64,000 nucleotides of DNA from Christensenellaceae bacterium (GCA_045633745.1 JAZQYW010000015.1:11042-75041), one strand, 5' to 3'; counted from the first letter of the stretch, positions 42,236 through 50,815 are shown. Numbers and translations: made by a program. The notes: a model not told the origin generated them from the letters alone.

Positions 42236-42600
42236 AATGAATTAGAAACAAGTGTGGGTAGGCTCGCTTACTCTCTTTAAGAGTGAAGATGCGAACAGGT
42301 CAAGGCTCGCTATATACCACATAAAACTTATTTCTGTAAGAAATGAGTTAGAAGCAAGCAAGACAAGGCTCGTGCAAACGTTTACTCTCTTTAAGAGTGA
42401 AGATGCGAACAGGTCAAGGCTCGCTATATGCCACATAAAACTTATTTCTGTAAGAAATGAGTTAGAAGCAAGCAAGACAAAGCTCGTGCAAACGTTTACT
42501 CTCTTTAAGAGTGAAGATGCGAACAGGTCAAGGCTCGCTATATGCCACATAAAACTTATTTCTGTAAGAAATGAGTTAGAAGCAAGCAAGACAAGGCTCG
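42236..42600. repeat. tandem repeat, 114-bp unit x3 plus a shortened (106-bp) first copy
   Basis: TTACTCTC... recurs at 42268/42382/42496 and GTTAGAAG... at 42347/42461/42575 (period exactly 114); units are near-identical. Confidence 0.9.
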
Positions 42601-42619
42601 ACAAATCAAAGGACTAGAT

Positions 42620-42634
42620 TGACCTTTTGGGTCA
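42620..42634. promoter_or_regulatory. palindrome TGACC-N5-GGTCA (candidate HTH operator), copy 1
   Basis: TGACCTTTTGGGTCA preceded by AGAT; related copies at 45053 and 45137. Confidence 0.3.
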
Positions 42635-42657
42635 TTTAGGTCTTTGATGCGGTCAGT

Positions 42658-42683
42658 AAACGCAGTATTGCGACGCTTATAAC
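42658..42683. repeat. 26-bp direct repeat, copy 1 (overlaps the stop codon of the 755-aa gene)
   Basis: AAACGCAGTATTGCGACGCTTATAAC versus 45174-45199 AAACGCAGTATTGCGACGTTTATAAC (25/26). Confidence 0.9.
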
Positions 42684-44944
42684 TTATTTCTTTGGATTTT
42701 GCCACTTATAGTCTTTGGCAACTCATCACGGAAAACAACGACTCTTGGATATTTATAAGGAGCGGTGTGGTCCTTAACGTATTTTTGAATTTCTTTCTTC
42801 AATTCTTCAGTACCGACAGTACCTTTAGTTAAAACGATACTTGCTTTAACAACTTGGCCACGAACTTCATCTGGAACGGCTGAAACACCACATTCTAATA
42901 CGTATGGAAGTTCCATTATTACACTTTCGATTTCAAAAGGTCCGATACGATAGCCAGAAGGCTTAATAACGTCATCAACTCTGCCAACGTACCAAAAATA
43001 ACCGTCTTCGTCACGCCAAGCAGTATCGCCAGTGTGATATAAACCATCGTGCCAAGCATCATTTGTCTTTTCGGTATCACGATAATATTCTCTAAACAAG
43101 CCACAAGGCACTTCTTTATCGGTATGGATAACGATTTCGCCAACTTCACCAGCAGGAACGCTGTTGCCGTCTGCGTCAACAACGTCAACGTCGTATTGTG
43201 GGTTTGCTTTACCCATAGCGCCGATTTTTGGCGACGTGCCATAAAGGTTTGCAATAGCAAGCGTGGTTTCAGTTTGCCCAAAGCCTTCCATTATTTCAAG
43301 ACCAGTCGCTTCTTTGAACTTATTAAACACTTCTGGGTTTAATGCTTCGCCAGCAGTTGTCATATGGTGAATTGAAGATAAGTCGTATTTAGAAAGGTCG
43401 CCACGAATTAACATACGGAGCATTGTTGGTGGAGCACAGAAGGTTGTGATACTATATTTAGCAAACATAGGCAACAAATCGTTTTCATCAAACCTATCAA
43501 AGTCGTAAACGAAAACAGCACCTTCACAGAGCCATTGTCCGTAAAGTTTACCCCAAAGTGATTTCCCCCAACCCGTGTCGCTTATGGTTAAGTGCAAACC
43601 GTCACGTTCACAACAATGCCAATATTTAGCAGTAACAAAGTGTCCTAAAGCGTAAGTGTGCTTATGTGCAGCCATTTTTGGATTACCAGTCGTACCTGAC
43701 GTAAAGAACATAAGGGCTGTTTCATCGCCACAAGAACAATTTTCAGGGCGGTCAAACTTGCCAGAGAACAACGCATATTCTTTATCAAAATCGTGCCAGC
43801 CGTCTTTTGCGCCCCCTACCATAATAAGTTTTTCAACTTGTGGACATTTTTTGGCAGCACTTTCAGCATATTGATAAGTATCTCCGTCTGCAGTGCAAAC
43901 GATTGCTTTTACGCCAGCAGAATTATATCTATACTCAAAGTCGTGTTCTTTAAGTTGGTTTGTCGCAGGGATTGCAACTGCACCGAGTTTATGGAGTGCA
44001 ACCATACAGAACCAAAATTGATAGTGACGTTTAAGAACTAACATAACCTTATCGCCACGCTTAATTCCCAAAGACGTGAAATAGTTTGCAACTTGGTTAG
44101 ATGCACGTTTTATGTCCTTAAAGGTAAACCTTCTTTCAAACTTGTTTTTATCAAGGTGGAGCATTGCAAGTTTTTCAGGATATTTATCAGCGATGCCATC
44201 AACAATATCAAAGCCAAAGTTAAAGGTTTCGGTGTTCTTAAATTTAATTGACTCAAGTCTGCCATCTGCATCTTCTTTGGTTTCAACAAACTTTTCACAA
44301 ACAAGTTTTTCGCTTGTTTTAGCATTCATAACACTCTTTCTAACAACAGTTTCAGCCGAATTATCCCCAGACATAACAACTGCAACGAAGGTGCAATCTT
44401 TTCCATCAACGGCAATCATTCCGTGTGGCAAAGATGAGTTATAATAAATGCTGTCGCCTTCAGACAAAACTTCAACGTGGTCGCCAACTTGAATTTTAAG
44501 TTTGCCACTTAAAATAAGGTCAAATTCTTGACCGCTGTGTGTGGTTAAGTGGATAGGCTTGTCTTGTTGACTTTTTGAATATTCGTAAGTTACGTAATAA
44601 GGTTCTGCAAGTTTATCTTTGAATTTAGGCGCAAGATTAGAAATATCAATGCCATCTTCTTTGGCAGTTTCTCTACCTTGCCCTTTTCTTGTAACGGTAT
44701 AAGTTGATAATTTTGCTGACCTACCTTCCAAAAGGTCTGTCATATCAACGCCAAACGCCAACGCACATTTATGAATAAATGAGAAAGGAATATCTTCTTT
44801 TCCACTTTCATAAGCAAGATATTGCTTTTCTGTTACGTTTGTTTTTTCAGTCATTTCTTGTACGGAGAAACCAATAATTTCACGCAACTCCTTAATTCTT
44901 GTTGCTACTTCCGACAACTGATTTAAAGTGTTGTTTGTGTTCAT
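42677..44944 (-). CDS. fusion protein: XRE-family HTH + cupin + AMP-forming acyl-CoA synthetase (ANL superfamily)
   Basis: N-terminal HTH (IGFSVQEMTEKTNVTEKQYLAYESG), cupin (GDSIYYNSSLPHG), then ANL motifs FFTSGTTGNPK, GFGQTET, YHTGD, GRVDDVIKPSGYRIGPFEIE, PKTISGKIQR. AAGGAGG RBS lies 9 nt before the ATG. Confidence 0.8.
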   Translation of the reverse strand: MNTNNTLNQLSEVATRIKELREIIGFSVQEMTEKTNVTEKQYLAYESGKEDIPFSFIHKCALAFGVDMTDLLEGRSAKLSTYTVTRKGQGRETAKEDGIDISNLAPKFKDKLAEPYYVTYEYSKSQQDKPIHLTTHSGQEFDLILSGKLKIQVGDHVEVLSEGDSIYYNSSLPHGMIAVDGKDCTFVAVVMSGDNSAETVVRKSVMNAKTSEKLVCEKFVETKEDADGRLESIKFKNTETFNFGFDIVDGIADKYPEKLAMLHLDKNKFERRFTFKDIKRASNQVANYFTSLGIKRGDKVMLVLKRHYQFWFCMVALHKLGAVAIPATNQLKEHDFEYRYNSAGVKAIVCTADGDTYQYAESAAKKCPQVEKLIMVGGAKDGWHDFDKEYALFSGKFDRPENCSCGDETALMFFTSGTTGNPKMAAHKHTYALGHFVTAKYWHCCERDGLHLTISDTGWGKSLWGKLYGQWLCEGAVFVYDFDRFDENDLLPMFAKYSITTFCAPPTMLRMLIRGDLSKYDLSSIHHMTTAGEALNPEVFNKFKEATGLEIMEGFGQTETTLAIANLYGTSPKIGAMGKANPQYDVDVVDADGNSVPAGEVGEIVIHTDKEVPCGLFREYYRDTEKTNDAWHDGLYHTGDTAWRDEDGYFWYVGRVDDVIKPSGYRIGPFEIESVIMELPYVLECGVSAVPDEVRGQVVKASIVLTKGTVGTEELKKEIQKYVKDHTAPYKYPRVVVFRDELPKTISGKIQRNKL

Positions 44945-45052
44945 GGTTACATACCTCCTTGAAAATTTTTTAATTTATATATTTTTGTTTCTAAATATTT
45001 TTTAAGACAAAGATGCAAGTTAGGCTAGGCTCGACTAGACAAAGGACAAGAT

Positions 45053-45067
45053 TGACCTTTTTGGTCA
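45053..45067. promoter_or_regulatory. palindrome TGACC-N5-GGTCA (candidate operator), copy 2
   Basis: TGACCTTTTTGGTCA, perfect inverted repeat. Confidence 0.3.
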
Positions 45068-45136
45068 TTGAAATCAATATGTTTTTGTTTGTTAGAAACA
45101 AGCAAGACAAGGCTCGCAAAGCGTTTTGGGTGAGAT

Positions 45137-45151
45137 TAACCTTTTTGGTTA
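45137..45151. promoter_or_regulatory. palindrome TAACC-N5-GGTTA (candidate operator), copy 3
   Basis: TAACCTTTTTGGTTA, perfect inverted repeat, same flank AGAT. Confidence 0.3.
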
Positions 45152-45173
45152 TCGAAGTCAAAACGCAAAGCAG

Positions 45174-45199
45174 AAACGCAGTATTGCGACGTTTATAAC
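45174..45199. repeat. 26-bp direct repeat, copy 2 (immediately after the T-box terminator)
   Basis: 25/26 identity with 42658-42683, same orientation. Confidence 0.9.
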
Positions 45200-45200
45200 A

Positions 45201-45480
45201 AACAAAAACCCGTCTCAAAGCCCTTTTACTTTGAGACGGGTATTATTACTATACTCGCGGTACCACTCAAATTGTAGTTAAAACTACCACCTTCAGAGTC
45301 TGTCAACTCCTATACACTGACGTAGCAAACACGGAAAACCCTACTTGAAAAATCTTTTGGATTTTCGGCTCGGAAGTGATAAGATTTCTATTAGTTTTTG
45401 CTGGGATTTCACCGTCCCCAACTCTCTATGAAAAACGTGTTATAGAACCCGTCTTCGTCACAGCCTTTAACTATTAAGTT
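45201..45480 (-). promoter_or_regulatory. T-box riboswitch (tRNA-sensing leader), specifier probably AUC (Ile)
   Basis: Minus strand elements in order. Stem I has K-turn halves GUGACGAAG / CUUCCGAGCC, an AGAGAG bulge and a GGUGAAA distal loop. Then Stem III GTAGT-ttta-ACTAC and the T-box sequence AAUUUGAGUGGUACCGCGAG (45254-45273). The terminator is ACCCGTCTCAAAG/CTTTGAGACGGGT + T5 (45201-45241), and its 5' arm can pair with the T-box as an antiterminator. Confidence 0.85.
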
Positions 45481-45486
45481 AAACAA

Positions 45487-45515
45487 AGTTTAACATTTTA
45501 AAAAACCTTTGTCAA
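45487..45515 (-). promoter_or_regulatory. putative sigma-A promoter driving the T-box leader
   Basis: Minus strand TTGACA (45510-45515) - 17 nt - TAAACT (45487-45492). Confidence 0.55.
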
Positions 45516-45540
45516 GTATTTTAATATTTTTTTTACATTT

Positions 45541-46338
45541 TTACTTTAAAATCTTTTTTATAACCCAAAATTGAAACCTTTTTGGCATTAAATTTAAGAG
45601 CAATAATAGTGGATTTCTGTTTATTTTATACGCAAATTTTGGGCGTTTTTTTGTCAATATCTTTAAGGTCTTTTTCGCTATCTTTTGAGGAGCAATTTTT
45701 CTCGCTTCAACCCTATCTACTATATTCTTAAAACGCTTTGCATTGCAAGAATATAACTTGGTGTTATTGCAAAACCTATCGAGTGCAGTCGTTGAAACGC
45801 TTATCATACCCGTATCCACAGCACCTGCACGCAAAACCGAAACGGAAATATCCAAAAGTTGCAATTCCATACGTAGCGAATAAGCATATTTATCAAGCGC
45901 ACTTTTTGTCACTGCATATAATCCAGTAAAAGGCAAAGGGTCAAGTGGTGCAAGTTCACTTGTCGTGATTAAAATTTTTGAGCCTTTTTGTAGAAGTGGC
46001 AAAAAGGTCTTATTCACAACAAAAGCGCCGTAAAAATTGCATTTTAATATCTTTTCAAAGTCAGCACAAGATATTTCAACCATTGAATCAAGCATATAAA
46101 TGCCTGCAAAATGCACAATCGCATAGAGTGAGCCTGTTATTTCTTTTGCCTTGTTAAAGGCAGTAATAACGCTTTCTTCATCAGTTATATCAACTTGTAT
46201 AGGAAAAACGTTTTCACGGCTTGCTTTAACCGTTTTATCTACAGCGATAACCGAATATCCACAATCAATCAATTTATTAACGACCTTTTCGCCCATTCCG
46301 CCGAAAGCACCAGTCACTAAAACAAATTTTCTTTCCAT
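45541..46338 (-). CDS. SDR-family oxidoreductase
   Basis: VTGAFGGMG Rossmann motif and YAVTK catalytic motif. Confidence 0.75.
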   Translation of the reverse strand: MERKFVLVTGAFGGMGEKVVNKLIDCGYSVIAVDKTVKASRENVFPIQVDITDEESVITAFNKAKEITGSLYAIVHFAGIYMLDSMVEISCADFEKILKCNFYGAFVVNKTFLPLLQKGSKILITTSELAPLDPLPFTGLYAVTKSALDKYAYSLRMELQLLDISVSVLRAGAVDTGMISVSTTALDRFCNNTKLYSCNAKRFKNIVDRVEARKIAPQKIAKKTLKILTKKRPKFAYKINRNPLLLLLNLMPKRFQFWVIKKILK

Positions 46339-46420
46339 AATCTTGTTTAACTTTTAATACAAACCTATAATATAGTTAAAACCAAGTAAATACAACAATG
46401 TAATACTTGTCAGTTTTTTA

Positions 46421-47455
46421 TCAAATATACCCAGCGTCCATTGCAAGACGTTTTTGTTCTTTTCCATCTTCGCCGTAGAAGAAGGAGTGAATTATTTCAG
46501 AAATATCGTGCCTTGAAGTAGGCGATTCGCTGTTTGACATAATTATCCAGTCAAAGTCATCTTGTAAAACTTGGGCGTGGTATAACCTAAAGCCGACGTG
46601 ACCACCCGTGTGCGAAACACAGAATTTGCCGTGCCAGTCGGATAAATAGCACCCCATACCCATATCACTTAAAGGAGAACCAGTTAGAATTTCCTTCCAA
46701 GACTCTTCACTAACCAAAAGTTTATTTTTTATGGCTTTGTTTAAGCAATAAACGTCGTCAATAGTACCTATAACGTCGCCACCACCAAACATCCAATTCA
46801 AACTTTTGCCAACAGCCTTAAATTCTCCATCAATAACAGCGTGCCCCATTACCCTGTTTTCAACGAATAATCCCACCTCATCAACGAGTGCAGTTTTCAT
46901 ACCCAAAGGCTCAAAAACTTCTTCCTTCATATAATCTTTAAAGGCTTTTCCAGAAAGGGTTTCTATAATTAAAGCACAAATTGAAAAGTTTACGTTGCTA
47001 TATCTAAAGCCCTTTTTAGGCTCAAAATATTGTGGGTATTCGCTTATTAAACTTAAGTGTTCTCTAATTTTGTCAGGTGTGCCCGGTGCATATTTTTCGG
47101 CAAACGACTTTTCAAATAAAAAATCAGGGATACCACTTTCGTGACGCAACAAGTTTTCTATCGTAATATTTTTATTCAATTTTTTCGCTTCTGGCACGTA
47201 TTTTGAAGGGTGGTCTGAAAGTTTAAGCAAGCCCTTGTCTTTCAATTTCATAATGCCGAGCGTGCACAATGGCTTTGTCATTGAATAAAAAGTAAAAACA
47301 GAGTCGTTCGTGAACGGAATTTTCTTTTCATTATCAGCATAGCCAACTGGTTTTTCATACACGATTTTATCTTTTATGGTCACACGCACCACGCAAGTAA
47401 CGTGCTTTTCTGCACAATATTGTTCAATTTTTTTATCAAGCAAGGCTATATCCAT
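46421..47455 (-). CDS. serine hydrolase, beta-lactamase (class C/PBP4-like) family
   Basis: SMTK active-site motif (FYSMTKPL); 344 aa. Confidence 0.8.
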   Translation of the reverse strand: MDIALLDKKIEQYCAEKHVTCVVRVTIKDKIVYEKPVGYADNEKKIPFTNDSVFTFYSMTKPLCTLGIMKLKDKGLLKLSDHPSKYVPEAKKLNKNITIENLLRHESGIPDFLFEKSFAEKYAPGTPDKIREHLSLISEYPQYFEPKKGFRYSNVNFSICALIIETLSGKAFKDYMKEEVFEPLGMKTALVDEVGLFVENRVMGHAVIDGEFKAVGKSLNWMFGGGDVIGTIDDVYCLNKAIKNKLLVSEESWKEILTGSPLSDMGMGCYLSDWHGKFCVSHTGGHVGFRLYHAQVLQDDFDWIIMSNSESPTSRHDISEIIHSFFYGEDGKEQKRLAMDAGYI

Positions 47456-47530
47456 AATAACTCTCCTTTTAGCACAATTCTATTATACTAAAGCAAATAA
47501 AATAATGCAATAAAAAACAACGTTTTAATA

Positions 47531-47567
47531 AAAAAACAAGTGCGCCGAAGACTATTCTTCAGCGCAC
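47531..47567 (-). terminator. rho-independent terminator after the DegV gene
   Basis: GTGCGCTGAAG...CTTCGGCGCAC stem then a T-run on the minus strand. Confidence 0.7.
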
Positions 47568-47576
47568 AAAATCTTT

Positions 47577-48470
47577 TTATGCATTTGCCGTGTTTGGTTT
47601 TTCTGCACCTACAAAGTATATAGCAAGTGTTTTTGGACCACAAGATGCACCCATAATAGGATTTAAGTCACTAACCATAACGTTTGCATTTGGAATAAGC
47701 TCTAAAAGATAGCCCTTAACCTTTTCAGCATCTTCTGGACAGTCAGCGTGTGAAACGAAGATATCACCCACAGCTTCGCCAGTGTATTTTTCCTTGGTCA
47801 TTTCAGCCAAACGACGCAAAGAATTGTTTCTGCCCTTTGCCTTTTCGATAGAAACGTTTTCGCCGTTAGTATCAGAAACGATAATAGGCTTTACACTGAG
47901 CATAGTTCCAAACAAGGCTTTGCTTGCAGAAATTCTGCCTGCTCTCTTTAAGTATTTTAATTCATCAACCGTACCTAGTTGGTTTACGTTCATTTTAACA
48001 TCTTCAATAGCCTGTGCTGTTTCTTGAATTGTTTTGCCTTGTTCACGAAGTGCACTTGCATATATGCAAAGTAAACCCAAGCCCTTTCCACAGTTTAATG
48101 AATCCACACAAACGATTTCAGCATCAGGATAAGTTTGCATTAACTCATCACGTGCAACCGTACTTGCTTTTACTGACGCAGAAAGTCCAGATGAACAAGA
48201 TATAGATAAAATATCATAACCTTCTTTTAAGTATTCTTCAAAGCGTTCTTGATAATTAAACGCAGGAATTTGCGAAGTAAAAATTCTGGTGTTTGCACGA
48301 AGAATATCATAGAATTCTTTTACTGAAAGTTCCTTCCAGTCAACGTCGGCATAAATTTCTTTATCGTTATATGAAAGATACATAGGAATATATTCAACGC
48401 CGTATTTCTCACGCATATCTTGTGTCAATTCACAACAAGAATCACTTACAATTACAAATTTTTTACTCAT
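47577..48470 (-). CDS. DegV-family fatty-acid-binding protein
   Basis: 297 aa; N-terminus KFVIVSDSCCELT and DegV-typical layout. Confidence 0.85.
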   Translation of the reverse strand: MSKKFVIVSDSCCELTQDMREKYGVEYIPMYLSYNDKEIYADVDWKELSVKEFYDILRANTRIFTSQIPAFNYQERFEEYLKEGYDILSISCSSGLSASVKASTVARDELMQTYPDAEIVCVDSLNCGKGLGLLCIYASALREQGKTIQETAQAIEDVKMNVNQLGTVDELKYLKRAGRISASKALFGTMLSVKPIIVSDTNGENVSIEKAKGRNNSLRRLAEMTKEKYTGEAVGDIFVSHADCPEDAEKVKGYLLELIPNANVMVSDLNPIMGASCGPKTLAIYFVGAEKPNTANA

Positions 48471-48629
48471 TTTCTATTTCCTCTTTAGTAATATTTATAT
48501 TTAAAGTAAACAACTTGTTAATATTATATCATTTAATTTTTAACAAAACAACATTAAATATATATTAACTTTTAATGTTTTTTTATTATCATAACAAACT
48601 TTTTTAGCAAATTTAAAGTTTAATCATTT

Positions 48630-49406
48630 TTATTTGAACATATTTATGAAAATAAGAACTATGCCTAGTGACGTCAAGATAATACCTGTTGCACGGTTCA
48701 ATTTCTTTTCTGATATTTTGTTTGCTATACGTGCACCGATACGTGCCCAAATTAGCGTAAACACAACGCATAGCAATAAAATTGTTAAGTCTGGAAAACC
48801 TGCAATAGTAAAATGCGATACTGCGCCCGTCAATGCCGTAAACATCATAACGAAAACGCTTGTGCCCACAGCCGTTTTAAGTTCATATTTTAAGATGCTT
48901 GTAAAGGCGAAAAGCATAAGCAAGCCACCTCCTGCCCCGATAAACCCACAGATAAAACCTATGACAGCACCAAAAAGAATAGATTGTGTTATTCGTTTAT
49001 GCTTTGAAACTTCACACATAGTTGTTTTTGCGACTTTTACTGGACAGATTATAAATCTTAAGCCCAAAACAGCCATCATAACGATAGAAACGTTGCCAGC
49101 AGTCTTGCTTGGCACAAAACTTGCAACATAACTTCCAACTGTTGTGAAAAGAAGAACAAAAATCAAGATAATAAGTCCGTTTTTAACGTCAATATTTCCA
49201 TTTTTTCTATAAATATAAGCAGAAACTGCACTTGCCAAAATATCAGAAGCAAGTGCAACTCCGACAGCAGTATATGCGTCAATATTCAAAAACGTTATTA
49301 GCATAGGTGCAATAACAGCGGCAGCACTTAAACCAGCAAAACCAGTTCCTAACCCTGCGCCAGTACCTGCTAAAAAACAGATTAAAATCTTAATAAAAGT
49401 GTCCAT
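48630..49406 (-). CDS. TauE/SafE-family sulfite/anion exporter
   Basis: 258 aa, about eight TM helices, Gly-rich repeated halves. Confidence 0.75.
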   Translation of the reverse strand: MDTFIKILICFLAGTGAGLGTGFAGLSAAAVIAPMLITFLNIDAYTAVGVALASDILASAVSAYIYRKNGNIDVKNGLIILIFVLLFTTVGSYVASFVPSKTAGNVSIVMMAVLGLRFIICPVKVAKTTMCEVSKHKRITQSILFGAVIGFICGFIGAGGGLLMLFAFTSILKYELKTAVGTSVFVMMFTALTGAVSHFTIAGFPDLTILLLCVVFTLIWARIGARIANKISEKKLNRATGIILTSLGIVLIFINMFK

Positions 49407-49426
49407 TTAATTGTAAAATAACTTTT

Positions 49427-50815
49427 TTATTTTGCTTTTTTGCGTTTAAATATTTTAGAACGGAATAATATCACGTTTAATGCAATAAAATATACCGTTA
49501 AAATCAGCATCGTTATGTAAATTTCTTTTGGTGCAAGCGTTGCAAGGAACATCATAGGCAACCCGAAAACGATTGCTGGCAAGTTTTGATAAATCAAGTT
49601 GTTTGATGCGTGTGAAGTAAAGTATGGGTCGATTTCTCTCAAGAGAACGATACCTGAACTTGCTGTTCCAGTAAGCATACCATACATAACCATAAATTGT
49701 TCTTCAGTGTAATTTGGGAACAATTTTTTAGCAACCAAACGGTTATATGCATAAGTAATAACAGCGCCAACAACACCCAAAATCAAAAGAATTCCCAAGT
49801 AATCAGTTATAACGTCTAATCTAATAGCAGCAATTCCCGCAACAATCATAAGGTCAAACAAGAAGTTTGAAACGTTTGATAAAAGGTTATTGTCAGTATA
49901 TTCTTTTTTAACGATATTTTTCTTTTTAAGTAAGCCAAGTATTCCCTTAACTAATATTGCAGATAAAACACCGATAAGGAAGTTAAAGCCATACACCAAA
50001 GATTTCATTGATGGAAGTAAATTCCCTAGCAAAACCATAATGGCATAAGTTAACAAATAAGTTATGGCAATAAACGCCATTTGAACGGTTAATTTACCCA
50101 AACTGCCGTCTTTTTCATCATCATCGCCAAGGACAACTTGATTTTGTGCCTTTGCAGTTGCAAGGTTATTAAAAAGTTTTGGATTTTTCCTTTTAATAAG
50201 ATGTAAATGTATTACCCCACCGATACTTGCTGACAAAAAGCCAAACGCAGCAATGGTTAATCCGAAACTCTTTCCACCAACAAAGTCAAAATCTGATTCG
50301 TAAATATTACCATAGTTTAAAGCTTGACCCGTACCTTGACCATAACCAAACGCAAGCAACACGCCAGATGCAGAGAAAAAGCCCTCAATAACTTTTGCCG
50401 CAATAATGGTTATAACCATACCGATAACTGCTTGCAACAAATAGGTTGAAACGGTTGTTAAGCCAGTGTTAAAAATTTCGCCACTTCTTTGCTTGTTCAT
50501 TTTATCGCCCGTTTTCTTTAGGGTTGATGCAATAAATCCAAGTGCAAGTGTGTGGTATGCAATAATTTCAAGCGATGCATAGCCGTTAGCACCAAAAAAT
50601 GCCAAATCAAAAAAGGCTTTATCAGTAATCCAGTTATATATGGTTGAAACAAGCAACAATATTATACCTGCTAAAACTGAAGTCGGTATTAAAGATTTTT
50701 GAAAAAACTTTATACTCTTTTTCAAGGTGTTTGCAATTAGCAAAATACCTAATAACACGGCTAATAAATTTAATGCGCCCCAAACGCTATAATCCCAAAA
50801 ATTTTCCATTTGCAT
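49427..50815 (-). CDS. sodium/glutamate symporter (GltS/ESS)-like membrane transporter
   Basis: 462 aa polytopic protein; N-terminal region resembles the GltS family. Confidence 0.5.
   Translation of the reverse strand: MQMENFWDYSVWGALNLLAVLLGILLIANTLKKSIKFFQKSLIPTSVLAGIILLLVSTIYNWITDKAFFDLAFFGANGYASLEIIAYHTLALGFIASTLKKTGDKMNKQRSGEIFNTGLTTVSTYLLQAVIGMVITIIAAKVIEGFFSASGVLLAFGYGQGTGQALNYGNIYESDFDFVGGKSFGLTIAAFGFLSASIGGVIHLHLIKRKNPKLFNNLATAKAQNQVVLGDDDEKDGSLGKLTVQMAFIAITYLLTYAIMVLLGNLLPSMKSLVYGFNFLIGVLSAILVKGILGLLKKKNIVKKEYTDNNLLSNVSNFLFDLMIVAGIAAIRLDVITDYLGILLILGVVGAVITYAYNRLVAKKLFPNYTEEQFMVMYGMLTGTASSGIVLLREIDPYFTSHASNNLIYQNLPAIVFGLPMMFLATLAPKEIYITMLILTVYFIALNVILFRSKIFKRKKAK

Larger units (their letters stand above)
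45012..45152. repeat. two ~60-bp repeat modules in the 5' leader of the 755-aa gene, related to 42575-42640
   Basis: Each module is (GTTAGAAACAAGCAAGACA)AGGCTCG - 15/16 nt - AGATT(G/A)ACC-T5-GGT(C/T)A. The same layout occurs downstream of the gene. Confidence 0.8.

Noticed and set aside
42236-42600. Possible CRISPR array
   Set aside because: The units are contiguous 114-bp copies with no unique spacers, and there are no cas genes in the window.
42242-42617. ORFs of 120 aa (minus) and 121 aa (plus) spanning the tandem repeat
   Set aside because: Both frames are open only because the 114-bp unit is a multiple of three and lacks stops. There is no convincing RBS (the plus ORF starts at GTG). 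The repetitive peptides have no recognisable fold or signal, so the region is treated as non-coding repeat DNA.
44991-45218. 75-aa and 61-aa ORFs in the leader between the T-box and the synthetase gene
   Set aside because: They overlap the T-box terminator and repeat modules, lack an RBS, and have low-complexity, repeat-derived sequence.
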